Source: an uncultured Chloroflexia bacterium (GTDB lineage Bacteria; Chloroflexota; Chloroflexia; Thermomicrobiales; Thermomicrobiaceae). Taken from it: DNA of 64,000 nucleotides. A program made the position numbers and the translations under genes. Position 1 is the first letter of the stretch; every line of letters begins with the position of its first letter. Below are positions 18,946 through 27,147 of the stretch, piece after piece. The stretch lies in NCBI GenBank assembly GCA_963763185.1, contig CAVXNZ010000004.1:10791-74790 (forward strand), given 5' to 3'. A model generated the notes under the pieces. It was not told where the DNA came from, made no database searches, and saw nothing but the letters and a program-made list of their open reading frames with translations.

Positions 18946-19719
18946 TCAGCCGTTAACCAAATTCGCCAGGTAGTCCGGCTTGACGTAGGTCTCAACGGCG
19001 CGGTCGCCGTCCCGCTCGACCCGGAATGCGCGGGCATTGGGCCGCGACGAGATGACTCGCTTGAGCTCTGTGCCGGCGTAGTGGAGTGCGACGCCGTCGT
19101 CGGTGGCGTAGCCGGGGAGCATCTGGCCACTGGCGACCATGCGCGTGTAGGTCGGCTGGCGCTTCTCCTCGCTGTCATAGTGCGGGCAGTTGCTCCCCTT
19201 GAGGAAGCCGAGGCAGTCGAGCGCGGTGAGTTCGCCGGGAACGGAATCGGTCGTTCCCTGCTCGAACCAGCAGATTGACCCGGCGCTGACGCCTGTCAGG
19301 ACGGTACCGTTCTCCCAGGCCTGGCGCATCAGTTTATCGACACCCCAGTCCTTCCAAAGGACGAGCAGGTTGCGGGTGTTTCCGCCGCCGACGTAGATGA
19401 TGTCCTGATTGAGTAGGACGGAGGCGATGTCGGGGGTCTCACCTCGGAAGAGCGAGAGGACGCTCGGCACCCAGGGGAGTTTTTCACTGGCGGCGTAGTA
19501 GCGGTCGATGTAATCCTGCGAGTCACCGCTGGCGGTCGGGACGAAACAGACGTGCGGGGCCGTCTTTCCAGTCAAGTCAATGACATAACGTTCGAGCGCG
19601 AGATTGTCCGGCTCAGCCGAAAAACCGGCGCCGCCGACCGCCACGATATGCCGCTCTCGCACTGACTCACTCACCCTCGAATCCTTTCCCGTGTACCAGA
19701 TCGTCCGGGGTATCTTCAC
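18946..19719 (-). CDS. peptidase S51 (dipeptidase E / cyanophycinase-like) family protein
   Basis: 257-aa ORF with IYVGGGNT and the Ser block LTGVSAGSICW. The start is uncertain. Confidence 0.78.
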   Translation of the reverse strand: MKIPRTIWYTGKDSRVSESVRERHIVAVGGAGFSAEPDNLALERYVIDLTGKTAPHVCFVPTASGDSQDYIDRYYAASEKLPWVPSVLSLFRGETPDIASVLLNQDIIYVGGGNTRNLLVLWKDWGVDKLMRQAWENGTVLTGVSAGSICWFEQGTTDSVPGELTALDCLGFLKGSNCPHYDSEEKRQPTYTRMVASGQMLPGYATDDGVALHYAGTELKRVISSRPNARAFRVERDGDRAVETYVKPDYLANLVNG

Positions 19720-19747
19720 ATGACGGCGCGCCGAGGTCTACCCGTCG

Positions 19748-20509
19748 TCAGCGCGCGCTGCCCAAAGCTTTCACCTCACTGTCGAGACGAATTCCCAGAA
19801 TGTGCTGTAGCGCCTCGGTCCCGTCGGAGGTTAGGTGCAGTTGGCGTCGCTCGGTTCCCGGTGCAACCCAACCGGCCGTGATGAACCGTTCGTAGATGGC
19901 CGCTCCAAGCGCCCCACCCAGGTGAAACCGTCGCTCGGTCCAGTCGCGGCAGGCGTAGGCGAATTGCCGCCGCGATGTGCGGAGCGCGTCGAGATCGACG
20001 CCCAGACATTCGAAGACGTCAATCGCTGCCGGACCGAGCGTTACCTCCCCGGACGGACCCATGCGGAGCGAGGCGTCGCCGATCGCGGGCGGCACGATCG
20101 CGTCTGCCTTGACCAGCGCGTCGAAGAGCGCGACGCCGAGCGTTCCGGCCAGGTGGTCATAGCACGTGCGAGCGGCTGCCAGGGGAGCGAGCTCCTTCGG
20201 CAATTCCGGGGGGTCGCCTGCGAGAACCGCCAGTGCCTCGATCAACTGTGCCACGGTCGAATCGGCAATGCTGTAGAGCATTTGACGTCCCTGACGCTCT
20301 CGTGAGACGAGTTTCTGCGCTCTCAGATTAGCGAGATGGTTCGACACATTCGACTGGCTCGCCCCAGTGATGGAGACCAGTTCGGCAACGGTCGCCTGAC
20401 CGCCCATCAGGTGTCGAAGCAGGGTCAGCCGGAGTGGATCGGCAAGCGCCTGGGCGATCTGCGCGGCACGCTGGCTGTGATCCATGATGTCCTCCTCGAA
20501 CGCATCCAC
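19748..20509 (-). CDS. ArsR/SmtB family transcriptional regulator with extra C-terminal domain
   Basis: ALADPLRLTLLRHL...SQSNVSNHLANLRAQKLV. The start may be the MDHSQ at 20485. Confidence 0.85.
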   Translation of the reverse strand: MDAFEEDIMDHSQRAAQIAQALADPLRLTLLRHLMGGQATVAELVSITGASQSNVSNHLANLRAQKLVSRERQGRQMLYSIADSTVAQLIEALAVLAGDPPELPKELAPLAAARTCYDHLAGTLGVALFDALVKADAIVPPAIGDASLRMGPSGEVTLGPAAIDVFECLGVDLDALRTSRRQFAYACRDWTERRFHLGGALGAAIYERFITAGWVAPGTERRQLHLTSDGTEALQHILGIRLDSEVKALGSAR

Positions 20510-20576
20510 ATATCAGCACATACTGATGTATTGGAGGAGATCATATCACGTTTCGGGCCGCGGGCTAAACGACTGA

Positions 20577-20598
20577 CGGGGAGCCAGCTGGCTCCCCG
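20577..20598 (-). terminator. perfect 22-nt palindrome cggggagccagctggctccccg downstream of the small membrane protein gene
   Basis: Lies about 40 nt after the stop at 20641. A second palindrome ccgctgatcagcgg is adjacent. Confidence 0.4.
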
Positions 20599-20640
20599 CT
20601 GATCAGCGGCATGATTCAGGGCGTGGGACGGGTGAGCGGA

Positions 20641-21024
20641 TTAGATCGCGGGCTGGATGCGTGGTTCAGCCGAACCTCCAGCGCTCGGGCCGAGATAGCG
20701 CGCGTCACCGAATCCGAGAATCGGGAAGAAGATGAAGCTGAGGAAGATCATGCCAACGACGAACCCGCCGCCCTTGCCGAACGAGCGGGCAATGTCGATC
20801 AGCAGGATGATTCCAGCGATTACGTTCACGAATGGGATCAGGAAGAGTACAAGCCACCAGACCGGGCGCCCAGCGATCTTCAGCCAGATGATCAGGTTAT
20901 AGATCGGAATGATCGCTGCCCAGCCCGGTTGTCCAGCTTTGGTGAAGATTTTCCAAATGCCGGCGATCTCGAGCACGATGATCGCGATGTACAGTACGAC
21001 GAACAGACCGGATCCGTTGTTCAT
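20641..21024 (-). CDS. small membrane protein (DUF5684-like)
   Basis: 127-aa ORF, 3-4 TM, IFTKAGQPGWAAIIPIYN motif typical of that family as I recall it. Confidence 0.72.
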   Translation of the reverse strand: MNNGSGLFVVLYIAIIVLEIAGIWKIFTKAGQPGWAAIIPIYNLIIWLKIAGRPVWWLVLFLIPFVNVIAGIILLIDIARSFGKGGGFVVGMIFLSFIFFPILGFGDARYLGPSAGGSAEPRIQPAI

Positions 21025-21339
21025 GAGACCTCCTTAGATCGCGAACTCGACGAACCGATATGGCGCGCCCTTCGCGCGCGTCTGCCCTGTCAGACTCCCG
21101 CTGACCCCAACCCCCTCTGGTCGACGCTCACGGAACGGAAAGCATACCCACGATTGGCAGATCATTTGACGTTCGTTGGCCCGTCGCGTGATTCGCACCG
21201 AACCAAACGCGTATTTCCTGAATGTCACAGTGATTTCTGACGCGATTATAGCTTGATCAGGGGTGTATGTACAGGGGTTACGCAGAGACGGGTGAGAGAG
21301 TATCCCGCCCGTCTGATCGCGATGCTGGTTTGTTCGGCT

Positions 21340-21366
21340 TAGTAGTGGCTGCTGACCGCTGAGCCG
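21340..21366. repeat. 27-bp direct repeat, copy A (TAGTAGTGGCTGCTGACCGCTGAGCCG)
   Basis: Exact match to 22261-22287. On the minus strand it reads ..GSAVSSHY followed by TAA. Confidence 0.95.
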
Positions 21367-21388
21367 GGGGAACGCTCGAAATGACGGA

Positions 21389-21718
21389 TCAGTGATAGAA
21401 ATCCAAGTTCGGTGGAACAATTTGCGATGACTGCTCCCTCGCCATTCGTTCGACTCTCGTTCTTGTTCGCACGGGCACGACGTGAATCGGTAGATGTTCT
21501 TCGAGCTGCAGTTCAAGGATGCGGTCGATCACGACATCCAGCACTTCATCAGGGTCATCCAGATCAACGCATGCGGTCAGGTAGATTCCTTCCGAGCTCT
21601 CCCCTCCAGGACCAACCGTGAAGGTTGCTGTCGGAAAGTGTCTCGTAATACACGTCTGCAGTTCGGCCAACACTTCCCGAGTGCGTGGGTCATCGGCGGT
21701 GTGGTGTTGGTGGCTCAT
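21389..21718 (-). CDS. hypothetical protein (109 aa), cassette partner of the HEPN gene
   Basis: Its ATG overlaps (ATGA) the TGA that would terminate the read-through-extended HEPN frame. Contains VGPGGESSEGIYLTACVDLDD, loosely resembling the minimal nucleotidyltransferase hG[GS]..DxD pattern; this is unverified. Confidence 0.6.
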   Translation of the reverse strand: MSHQHHTADDPRTREVLAELQTCITRHFPTATFTVGPGGESSEGIYLTACVDLDDPDEVLDVVIDRILELQLEEHLPIHVVPVRTRTRVERMAREQSSQIVPPNLDFYH

Positions 21719-22125
21719 TCGGCGTCACTCCCTAGCGACTGAATAGCGTGCACAAAGTCCTGCGTAGCCTTCAGCGCGCGCTGCGCCTGAGTCTGGCTGA
21801 CGAAGTCGGGCTAATAATCGGCTGTTTCTCGTAGGCTAGCCAGGCGCTCGAGTGTCGTGCGCAGCGTGGACGGATAGCGCTTCCGCCGATTAATCAATTC
21901 GCCGACGAACAGCGCCGGCAGTACCTCGTGACTCCAGCGAGGGCGCGAGCCTCGGGGAGTAAAGCCGGCTGCGAAAAGCGCCGCGGCCGCGGCGTGGAAA
22001 CACGCGTAGTAGCAGCGGTTGGCGCAGTTGTTGTAGCGCCCATTGACAAACTCACTTTGAGCGCCTGCCAAACATTCGATTGCTTTGGTCAGATAAATGA
22101 TGACGCGGCCATTCACAGTGCTCAT
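21715..22125 (-). pseudogene. HEPN domain protein interrupted by an in-frame TAG at 21811-21813
   Basis: Track ORF 21811..22125 ends ...LRETADY-TAG. The same frame continues PDFVSQTQAQRALKATQDFVHAIQSLGSDAE-TGA, which is the expected last HEPN helix. Total length is 411 nt, or 137 codons. Confidence 0.7.
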
Positions 22126-22259
22126 CGCAATTTCACATTATGACACGGCAGCCAACGACGAGCGAAGGGAGCGAGACAAATGTCCGCGCCCCCAGTCATT
22201 CGCGCAGTATCTGCCCCGCTCGTTCAAATCTGTATTGCAGAGCGCAAATACGGTAAACA

Positions 22260-23282
22260 CTAGTAGTGGCTGCTGACCGCTGAGCCGATGTTCAGGAAGT
22301 TCCACATGAAGTAGGCGTCGGCTTCCATCATGTTGACGCAGCCATGGCTGCCGTAGGTCCCGTACGCGGCCGGGGAACTCCAGTAGTTGGTGTGAATCGC
22401 GAACCCGCCGTCGGCGAAGTACTGCGTCCACTTGACGTGTGGCAGGTAGTAATAGCCTGGGCTCCCCTTCGGGACGCCGACGGTTGCCGAGTCCATCGTC
22501 TCGTCCGCGACGCGACGGATGATCTGGAACTGTCCGTCCGGTGTGCCGTGACCCTCGGTGCCCGTGATGATGATCGCCACGTGGACCGGCGTCGGCCCGT
22601 CGTAGGCCACCGCATAGAACTGCGACAGGTTGATGTCGAGCCAGTGACCGCTGTAGGTGGTCTGCGGCGTGTCGTAGACGAACGGCTGGACCAGCGAGGA
22701 TGACACGAACTGCCCGTCGCCGATGCGGAACCAGGTGGAGTTGCCGTTGACATCGTCACCTTTGACCGGCTCGATGACCGTGACCGGGTGCTTGTAGTAG
22801 GTGACACCCACCACTGACGCGCTCAGGGACGGCGCCGAACGAATGTTGAGCGAGCCGCTGGTTACCGTGCCGACGATCGAGCCATCCTGCAACTTCATCG
22901 CCTGATCCCAGCCATCCGGCATCTGCGCCGTGTTCGGATCCGTCGTCGGAGTCGGCGTCACCGGCGTCGGCGAGGGAGTCACCACCGGTGTTGGCGACGG
23001 CGTCACTGATGGCGCAGGAGTTGGTGTCACGGGCGCCGGAGTCGGCGTGACCGGGGTTGGCGTCGGTGTCACCGGTGTGGGTGTCGGCGTCGCCGGTTTC
23101 GGAGTGGGTGTGGGCGTCACGACGACTGGTGTCGCCTCTGGAGTCTGTGTGACGGGAATGGGTGTGGGCGTGCCGTCATTCGCCGCTGCTGGCTGATCGA
23201 AGATCAGCCCACTCGAGGCACCGATGGCAAAGACCATCATCAAAACCCCCACAAGTAGGGTCGCGAAGGCAGCGGCGCGCAT
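22260..23282 (-). CDS. L,D-transpeptidase (YkuD) with N-terminal TM, Pro/Thr-rich linker and SH3b-like domain
   Basis: 340-aa ORF. Catalytic GSHGCVNM and long PTPTPVTPTP repeats (DNA about 22930-23150). Confidence 0.9.
   Translation of the reverse strand: MRAAAFATLLVGVLMMVFAIGASSGLIFDQPAAANDGTPTPIPVTQTPEATPVVVTPTPTPKPATPTPTPVTPTPTPVTPTPAPVTPTPAPSVTPSPTPVVTPSPTPVTPTPTTDPNTAQMPDGWDQAMKLQDGSIVGTVTSGSLNIRSAPSLSASVVGVTYYKHPVTVIEPVKGDDVNGNSTWFRIGDGQFVSSSLVQPFVYDTPQTTYSGHWLDINLSQFYAVAYDGPTPVHVAIIITGTEGHGTPDGQFQIIRRVADETMDSATVGVPKGSPGYYYLPHVKWTQYFADGGFAIHTNYWSSPAAYGTYGSHGCVNMMEADAYFMWNFLNIGSAVSSHY
22261..22287. repeat. 27-bp direct repeat, copy B (3' end of the L,D-transpeptidase gene)
   Basis: Exact match to 21340-21366. 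Encodes the C-terminal GSAVSSHY of the transpeptidase. Confidence 0.95.
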
Positions 23283-23702
23283 GTCCAGTTACTCCCTCTT
23301 TGCCGAAGTCAATCTTCACTGGGGGACAGGAGCGCTACCGCGCTTTCCCGTCCACTATTAATAAGCGCCCAAGGACCCGAATTGTTACTTCTCCAAACAG
23401 ACAGATTCGGACTGTACAACCGGACAGTGAGATTCCCTGTCGGTTGGGTTGTCCACCCTGTGTTCGCGTTCGTTCGCGTAGTCGGGCGCGAATGCGGAAT
23501 GGATGCAATCGAGCAGGGCAAGAAAGGAAGGGAACGCTCCTCTTGATTCAGAATTGGCTCGCGACAGATTGTAATGATCCTGTAGCCTGCTTGTGAAAAC
23601 CCTCACGCGGATGTCACGTCCCTCAGCGTAGCCTGAAACACAGAGTCGCGACTCGTGCGGCTCGTCGGTTTCATCTCTTTAACGGACGAATGGAGTCGGG
23701 TG

Positions 23703-24128
23703 ATGCAGGAAAAAGCTGACAGAATGGCGATCATCGCTTTCTCTGGCACCGTCGATAAGATGATTGCCGTCTCCACCCTGGCGACGGGCGCGGTCGCCAT
23801 GGGGATGGAGGTCGATATCTTCATAACCACCTGGGGGCTTCAGGCATTCCGCAAAGGGGCTGTTGCGACCAACATGCGGATCAGCAAGGACTTCGAAGAG
23901 TTTGGTCCGGCGATGATGGAAGCGATGCAGGCCAAAAAGATGCCGTCCTGGCTCGACACCCTCAAGCAAGCGAGGGAGTTCGGCGATATCCACGTCTTTG
24001 CCTGCAGCCAGACCATGGAGCTGCTCGGCATGACCATGGACGACCTCGAGGATGTGGTCGAGGACGTCATGGGCGCGGCGGGATTCGTCGGCCGGGCACA
24101 GGATTCGAAGATTCAGCTCTTTATCTAG
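23703..24128 (+). CDS. DsrE/DsrF-like sulfur-relay family protein
   Basis: ATG at 23703 (MQEKADRMAIIAFSGTVDKMIA...) within track ORF 23655..24128. The ...HVFACSQTMELLG Cys block is present. Confidence 0.78.
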   Translation: MQEKADRMAIIAFSGTVDKMIAVSTLATGAVAMGMEVDIFITTWGLQAFRKGAVATNMRISKDFEEFGPAMMEAMQAKKMPSWLDTLKQAREFGDIHVFACSQTMELLGMTMDDLEDVVEDVMGAAGFVGRAQDSKIQLFI

Positions 24129-24176
24129 CTAGAGTCCGGCGGCCGTACATCGCAGAATGGCGACAAGGAGAACAAC

Positions 24177-24416
24177 ATGGCTGAAGTCACGATCGATAAA
24201 GAAGTCGATGCACGCGGGAGTTTCTGCCCAGGTCCATTGATGGAGCTCATGCGTGCGGTCAAGACCGCGTCGGTCGGCAGCACCATCGCGGTCCTCTCGT
24301 CCGACCCCGGTTCGAACAAGGACATCCCGGTCTGGGTCGCGAAGGCGAAGCACGAGTATATCGGTGCGTTCGAGGAGGATGGGTACACCCGGTTCGTGAT
24401 TCGCAAGGCGCACTAG
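24177..24416 (+). CDS. TusA/SirA-like sulfurtransferase
   Basis: 79-aa ORF with the DARGSFCPGPLMEL (CPxP) motif. Confidence 0.87.
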   Translation: MAEVTIDKEVDARGSFCPGPLMELMRAVKTASVGSTIAVLSSDPGSNKDIPVWVAKAKHEYIGAFEEDGYTRFVIRKAH

Positions 24417-24428
24417 AGGGAGGGTCCG

Positions 24429-25568
24429 ATGTCGTCACGCGTGTTGATTCTAGGAGGAGGTGTCGGCGGCACGCTCGCCGCTAATCTCCTGGCCCGGAAG
24501 CTGAGAAAGGATGATGTCGAGCTAACCATTGCCGATCTGGACGGCAAGCACGTCTACCAGCCGGGCTGGCTCTACATTCCGTTCGGCAAAGAGTCGGAGC
24601 GCAATCTGGTCAGGTCGGAACGGAGCCTGCTCGACCGTCGCGTCAACCTGGTAATCGACAATTTCAGCAGGATCGATCTGGAGAAGAAGCAGGTCGTGGC
24701 TGACAGTGGCACCGTCCTCTCATACGACTATCTCGTCATCGCGACGGGCTCACGGAACCACTCCGAGGAGGTTCCGGGGATGGTCGAGGGCGCGCATCAC
24801 TTCTACTCGGCCGAAGCGGCCAACCGGCTCGCTGCGGCGCTCAAAGGAATGGAATCGGGCAGGATCATCGTCGGAGTCGGTGGCATCCCGCATCGTTGCC
24901 CACCCGCGCCGCTCGAATTCGTTCTGCTGCTCGATGCCGAGCTTCGCCATCAGCACAAGCGCGACCGGTTCGAACTGACGTATACCTATCCAATCGGACG
25001 CTGCTTCACCATCGAGAGTGTCGCAAACTTCGTGACGCCCATTCTCGCGGAGCGAGGCATTCGGGACGAAGTCTTCTTCAACCCAGAGATCGTCGATGTC
25101 GAGAAGAAACAGGTTACCTCGATGGAGGGGACGACCCTCGACTACGATCTGCTGGTGATGATCCCACCGCACCGGGGAGCCCAGATCGTCGACGATTCCA
25201 AAATTGGCGACGACCAGGGCTGGATCCCGACCGAACGGAACACCTTGCAGATGAAGGGCCAGGAGCACGTCTTCGCCATCGGCGACGCGACGGACCTGCC
25301 AGTGTCGAAGAGCGGCTCGGCGGCGCACTTCCAGGCGAAGGTCGTGGCCGACCGGATCGAGGCGGCGATCACTGGACGGCCGCTCGAGAACGGGCATTAT
25401 GACGGCCACGTCATGTGCTTCCTGGAGACCGGCAACGAACAGGCGACGACGTTGAACTTCGACTACGATCATCCGCCTGAACCACCGCGTCCGAGCCGGA
25501 TCTATCACTACGAGAAGACCCTCTTCAACAAGACCTACTGGTACATCGTGCCACGGGGGATTGTCTAG
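24429..25568 (+). CDS. FAD-dependent pyridine nucleotide-disulfide oxidoreductase, sulfide:quinone oxidoreductase-like
   Basis: 379-aa ORF with ILGGGVGGTLAAN, FAIGDATD and conserved Cys residues. Confidence 0.82.
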   Translation: MSSRVLILGGGVGGTLAANLLARKLRKDDVELTIADLDGKHVYQPGWLYIPFGKESERNLVRSERSLLDRRVNLVIDNFSRIDLEKKQVVADSGTVLSYDYLVIATGSRNHSEEVPGMVEGAHHFYSAEAANRLAAALKGMESGRIIVGVGGIPHRCPPAPLEFVLLLDAELRHQHKRDRFELTYTYPIGRCFTIESVANFVTPILAERGIRDEVFFNPEIVDVEKKQVTSMEGTTLDYDLLVMIPPHRGAQIVDDSKIGDDQGWIPTERNTLQMKGQEHVFAIGDATDLPVSKSGSAAHFQAKVVADRIEAAITGRPLENGHYDGHVMCFLETGNEQATTLNFDYDHPPEPPRPSRIYHYEKTLFNKTYWYIVPRGIV

Positions 25569-25700
25569 CCCGCAGTCACGAGGGGGTGGAATGGTTCACG
25601 GGGGCGAGAAATCGCCTCCGTCGTTCGTGTCTGTGACGCGTGGTTCACGTGCATAATTTGATCGATTTGTCGCTGCCGCGTTCACTGGTGGGAGTACCTG

Positions 25701-26513
25701 ATGACGGACCGCCGCTGCTTACCCGACTACCATCTGCACACCGCGATGTCGATTGACAGCAAGATGTCGATGGAGGAAGCGTGCCGCCAGGCGATCGCTC
25801 TCGGGCTCGACGAGATTTGCTTCACCGAGCACGTCGACTTCATTCCTGAAGATGAGGGCTGCGGCTTCTTCGACCCGGGTAGCTATTTCCAGTTGATCGA
25901 GCGTTGCCGCGAGGAGTTTGACGGACGCATGACGGTGCGCGCAGGCATCGAGATCGGCGAAGCGCACCGGTTTGCCGATGAGGGCCGTGAACTTACCGCG
26001 TCCAATCCGTTCGATTTCGTGATCGGCTCGCTCCACTGGGTGGGGCCGGATCTGGTGATGACGCCCGACTATTTCGTGGGCAAGTCGTTGGAGCAGGCGT
26101 ATGGCGCCTATTTCGACGAGTTGCTGGCGCTGGTGCGGGTAGGCGACTTTGACATCGTCGGGCATCTGGATGTGCCGAAACGCTATGCGGGCGATCTTCA
26201 CGAGCGCTTCGATCCACGACCGTTCGAGGATCGGATTCGTCCCGTCCTGCAAGTCTGTGTCGAGCGAGGCATCGGCATCGAGATCAATACAGGAACGATT
26301 CGTAAGACCGGGAACGATCCATCTCCATCGATCGAGGTACTGAACTGGTACCGGGAGCTGGGCGGCGAGATCCTGACGATCGGCTCCGACGCCCATCGTC
26401 CGGAGGACATGGCCTATGGCTTCGATCAGGCGCGTGCCATGGTCCGAGAGGCCGGTTTTACCCACCTGACCACGTTCCAGCAGCGACGATCCCAGTTCGT
26501 GCGCCTGGATTGA
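25701..26513 (+). CDS. PHP-domain histidinol-phosphatase (HisJ family)
   Basis: 270-aa ORF with DYHLHT, CFTEHVDF, GSLHWV, HLD and GSDAH metal-ligand blocks. Confidence 0.84.
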   Translation: MTDRRCLPDYHLHTAMSIDSKMSMEEACRQAIALGLDEICFTEHVDFIPEDEGCGFFDPGSYFQLIERCREEFDGRMTVRAGIEIGEAHRFADEGRELTASNPFDFVIGSLHWVGPDLVMTPDYFVGKSLEQAYGAYFDELLALVRVGDFDIVGHLDVPKRYAGDLHERFDPRPFEDRIRPVLQVCVERGIGIEINTGTIRKTGNDPSPSIEVLNWYRELGGEILTIGSDAHRPEDMAYGFDQARAMVREAGFTHLTTFQQRRSQFVRLD

Positions 26514-26944
26514 GGCACTCTGACCCACTCCTTGGTATCCGCGCCACTCTCGCCGGTGACCACGATAGCAGCTTCACTTGTACTCCCACTGCGTCTGCTT
26601 CGAAATCCACCGGTCGAACGGATCCGCGGTACGTCATCACGCGAGCGCGAGGCGATCGTCTCGATGAAGGCCAGCAAGATTCCGATGCCGAGGATGATGT
26701 AAGTCATGGTGAAGGCTTTGCCGAGAACGGTATGCGGCGAGAAATCACCGTACTCGACGGTAGTCAGCGTGATCACACTGAAATAGAGCGCGTTGAACAG
26801 CGACCAGCCTTCGACTCGCCAGTAGAAGAGGCTGCCGACCGCCAGCAGCACCGCAACGAGCGCGAAGAGGGAGCGGAACTCTGGATCCGCCAGCGAGCGG
26901 ATGATCGTGCGCACGAATCGAAACAGGACCCAGATTCCCAGCAC
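26426..26944 (-). CDS. 2-TM ion channel (potassium-channel family) with non-canonical filter TVEYGD
   Basis: 172-aa ORF with two TM helices flanking a pore helix and LTTVEYGDF. The Arg-rich C-terminal tail overlaps the convergent hisJ-like gene by 88 nt. Confidence 0.72.
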   Translation of the reverse strand: MLGIWVLFRFVRTIIRSLADPEFRSLFALVAVLLAVGSLFYWRVEGWSLFNALYFSVITLTTVEYGDFSPHTVLGKAFTMTYIILGIGILLAFIETIASRSRDDVPRIRSTGGFRSRRSGSTSEAAIVVTGESGADTKEWVRVPQSRRTNWDRRCWNVVRWVKPASRTMARA

Positions 26945-27095
26945 CGCGGCACCTCCCGATCAAACCTCGGCAAACGATGGGTGTACTGTACAGTCTTTTG
27001 CGATTCGACCTGAACCGTGTTGGCGTGAGAGGTTGCCCGATCTCTGGGTCATTTTCATCAACGGGCGGGTTGCCGAACAACTGATTCCTACACAG

Positions 27096-27122
27096 ACGGC
27101 CCCGGTTGATCACCGGGGCCGT
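27096..27122 (-). terminator. 10-bp GC-rich hairpin (acggccccgg/ccggggccgt) downstream of the E2 gene
   Basis: Lies about 25 nt after the E2 stop. The U-tract is weak. Confidence 0.35.
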
Positions 27123-27147
27123 TGCTCGTGCTCGGTTGTCGTGTGGC

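Noticed and set aside
17453-18973. 506-aa plus-strand ORF.
   Set aside because: It is antisense to the aldehyde dehydrogenase gene. Its composition (Asp/Arg/Gly/Ala-rich) is typical of a shadow ORF in high-GC DNA. The minus-strand product has clear ALDH motifs.
20528-20550. Imperfect inverted repeat ATATCAG-n6-CTGATGT upstream of the ArsR-family gene, considered as its operator.
   Set aside because: Only 6 of 7 positions pair and there is no second site. I kept it as a note rather than a feature.
22930-23196. Tandemly repetitive DNA and the GVGVTG-repeat ORF. Considered as a possible CRISPR-like or minisatellite array.
   Set aside because: It is the antisense of the Pro/Thr-rich linker (PTPTPVTPTP...) of the L,D-transpeptidase. 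There are no unique spacers and the repeats are short and degenerate.
25590-25700. GGTTCACG occurs twice (25593-25600, 25642-25649), with a related CGTTCAC at 25679-25685 and TGCATAAT at 25650-25657, upstream of the PHP phosphatase gene. Considered as a regulator-binding repeat plus an extended -10 promoter.
   Set aside because: The spacing is irregular (49 and 36 nt) and the motif is short. This is plausible but not supportable from the sequence alone.
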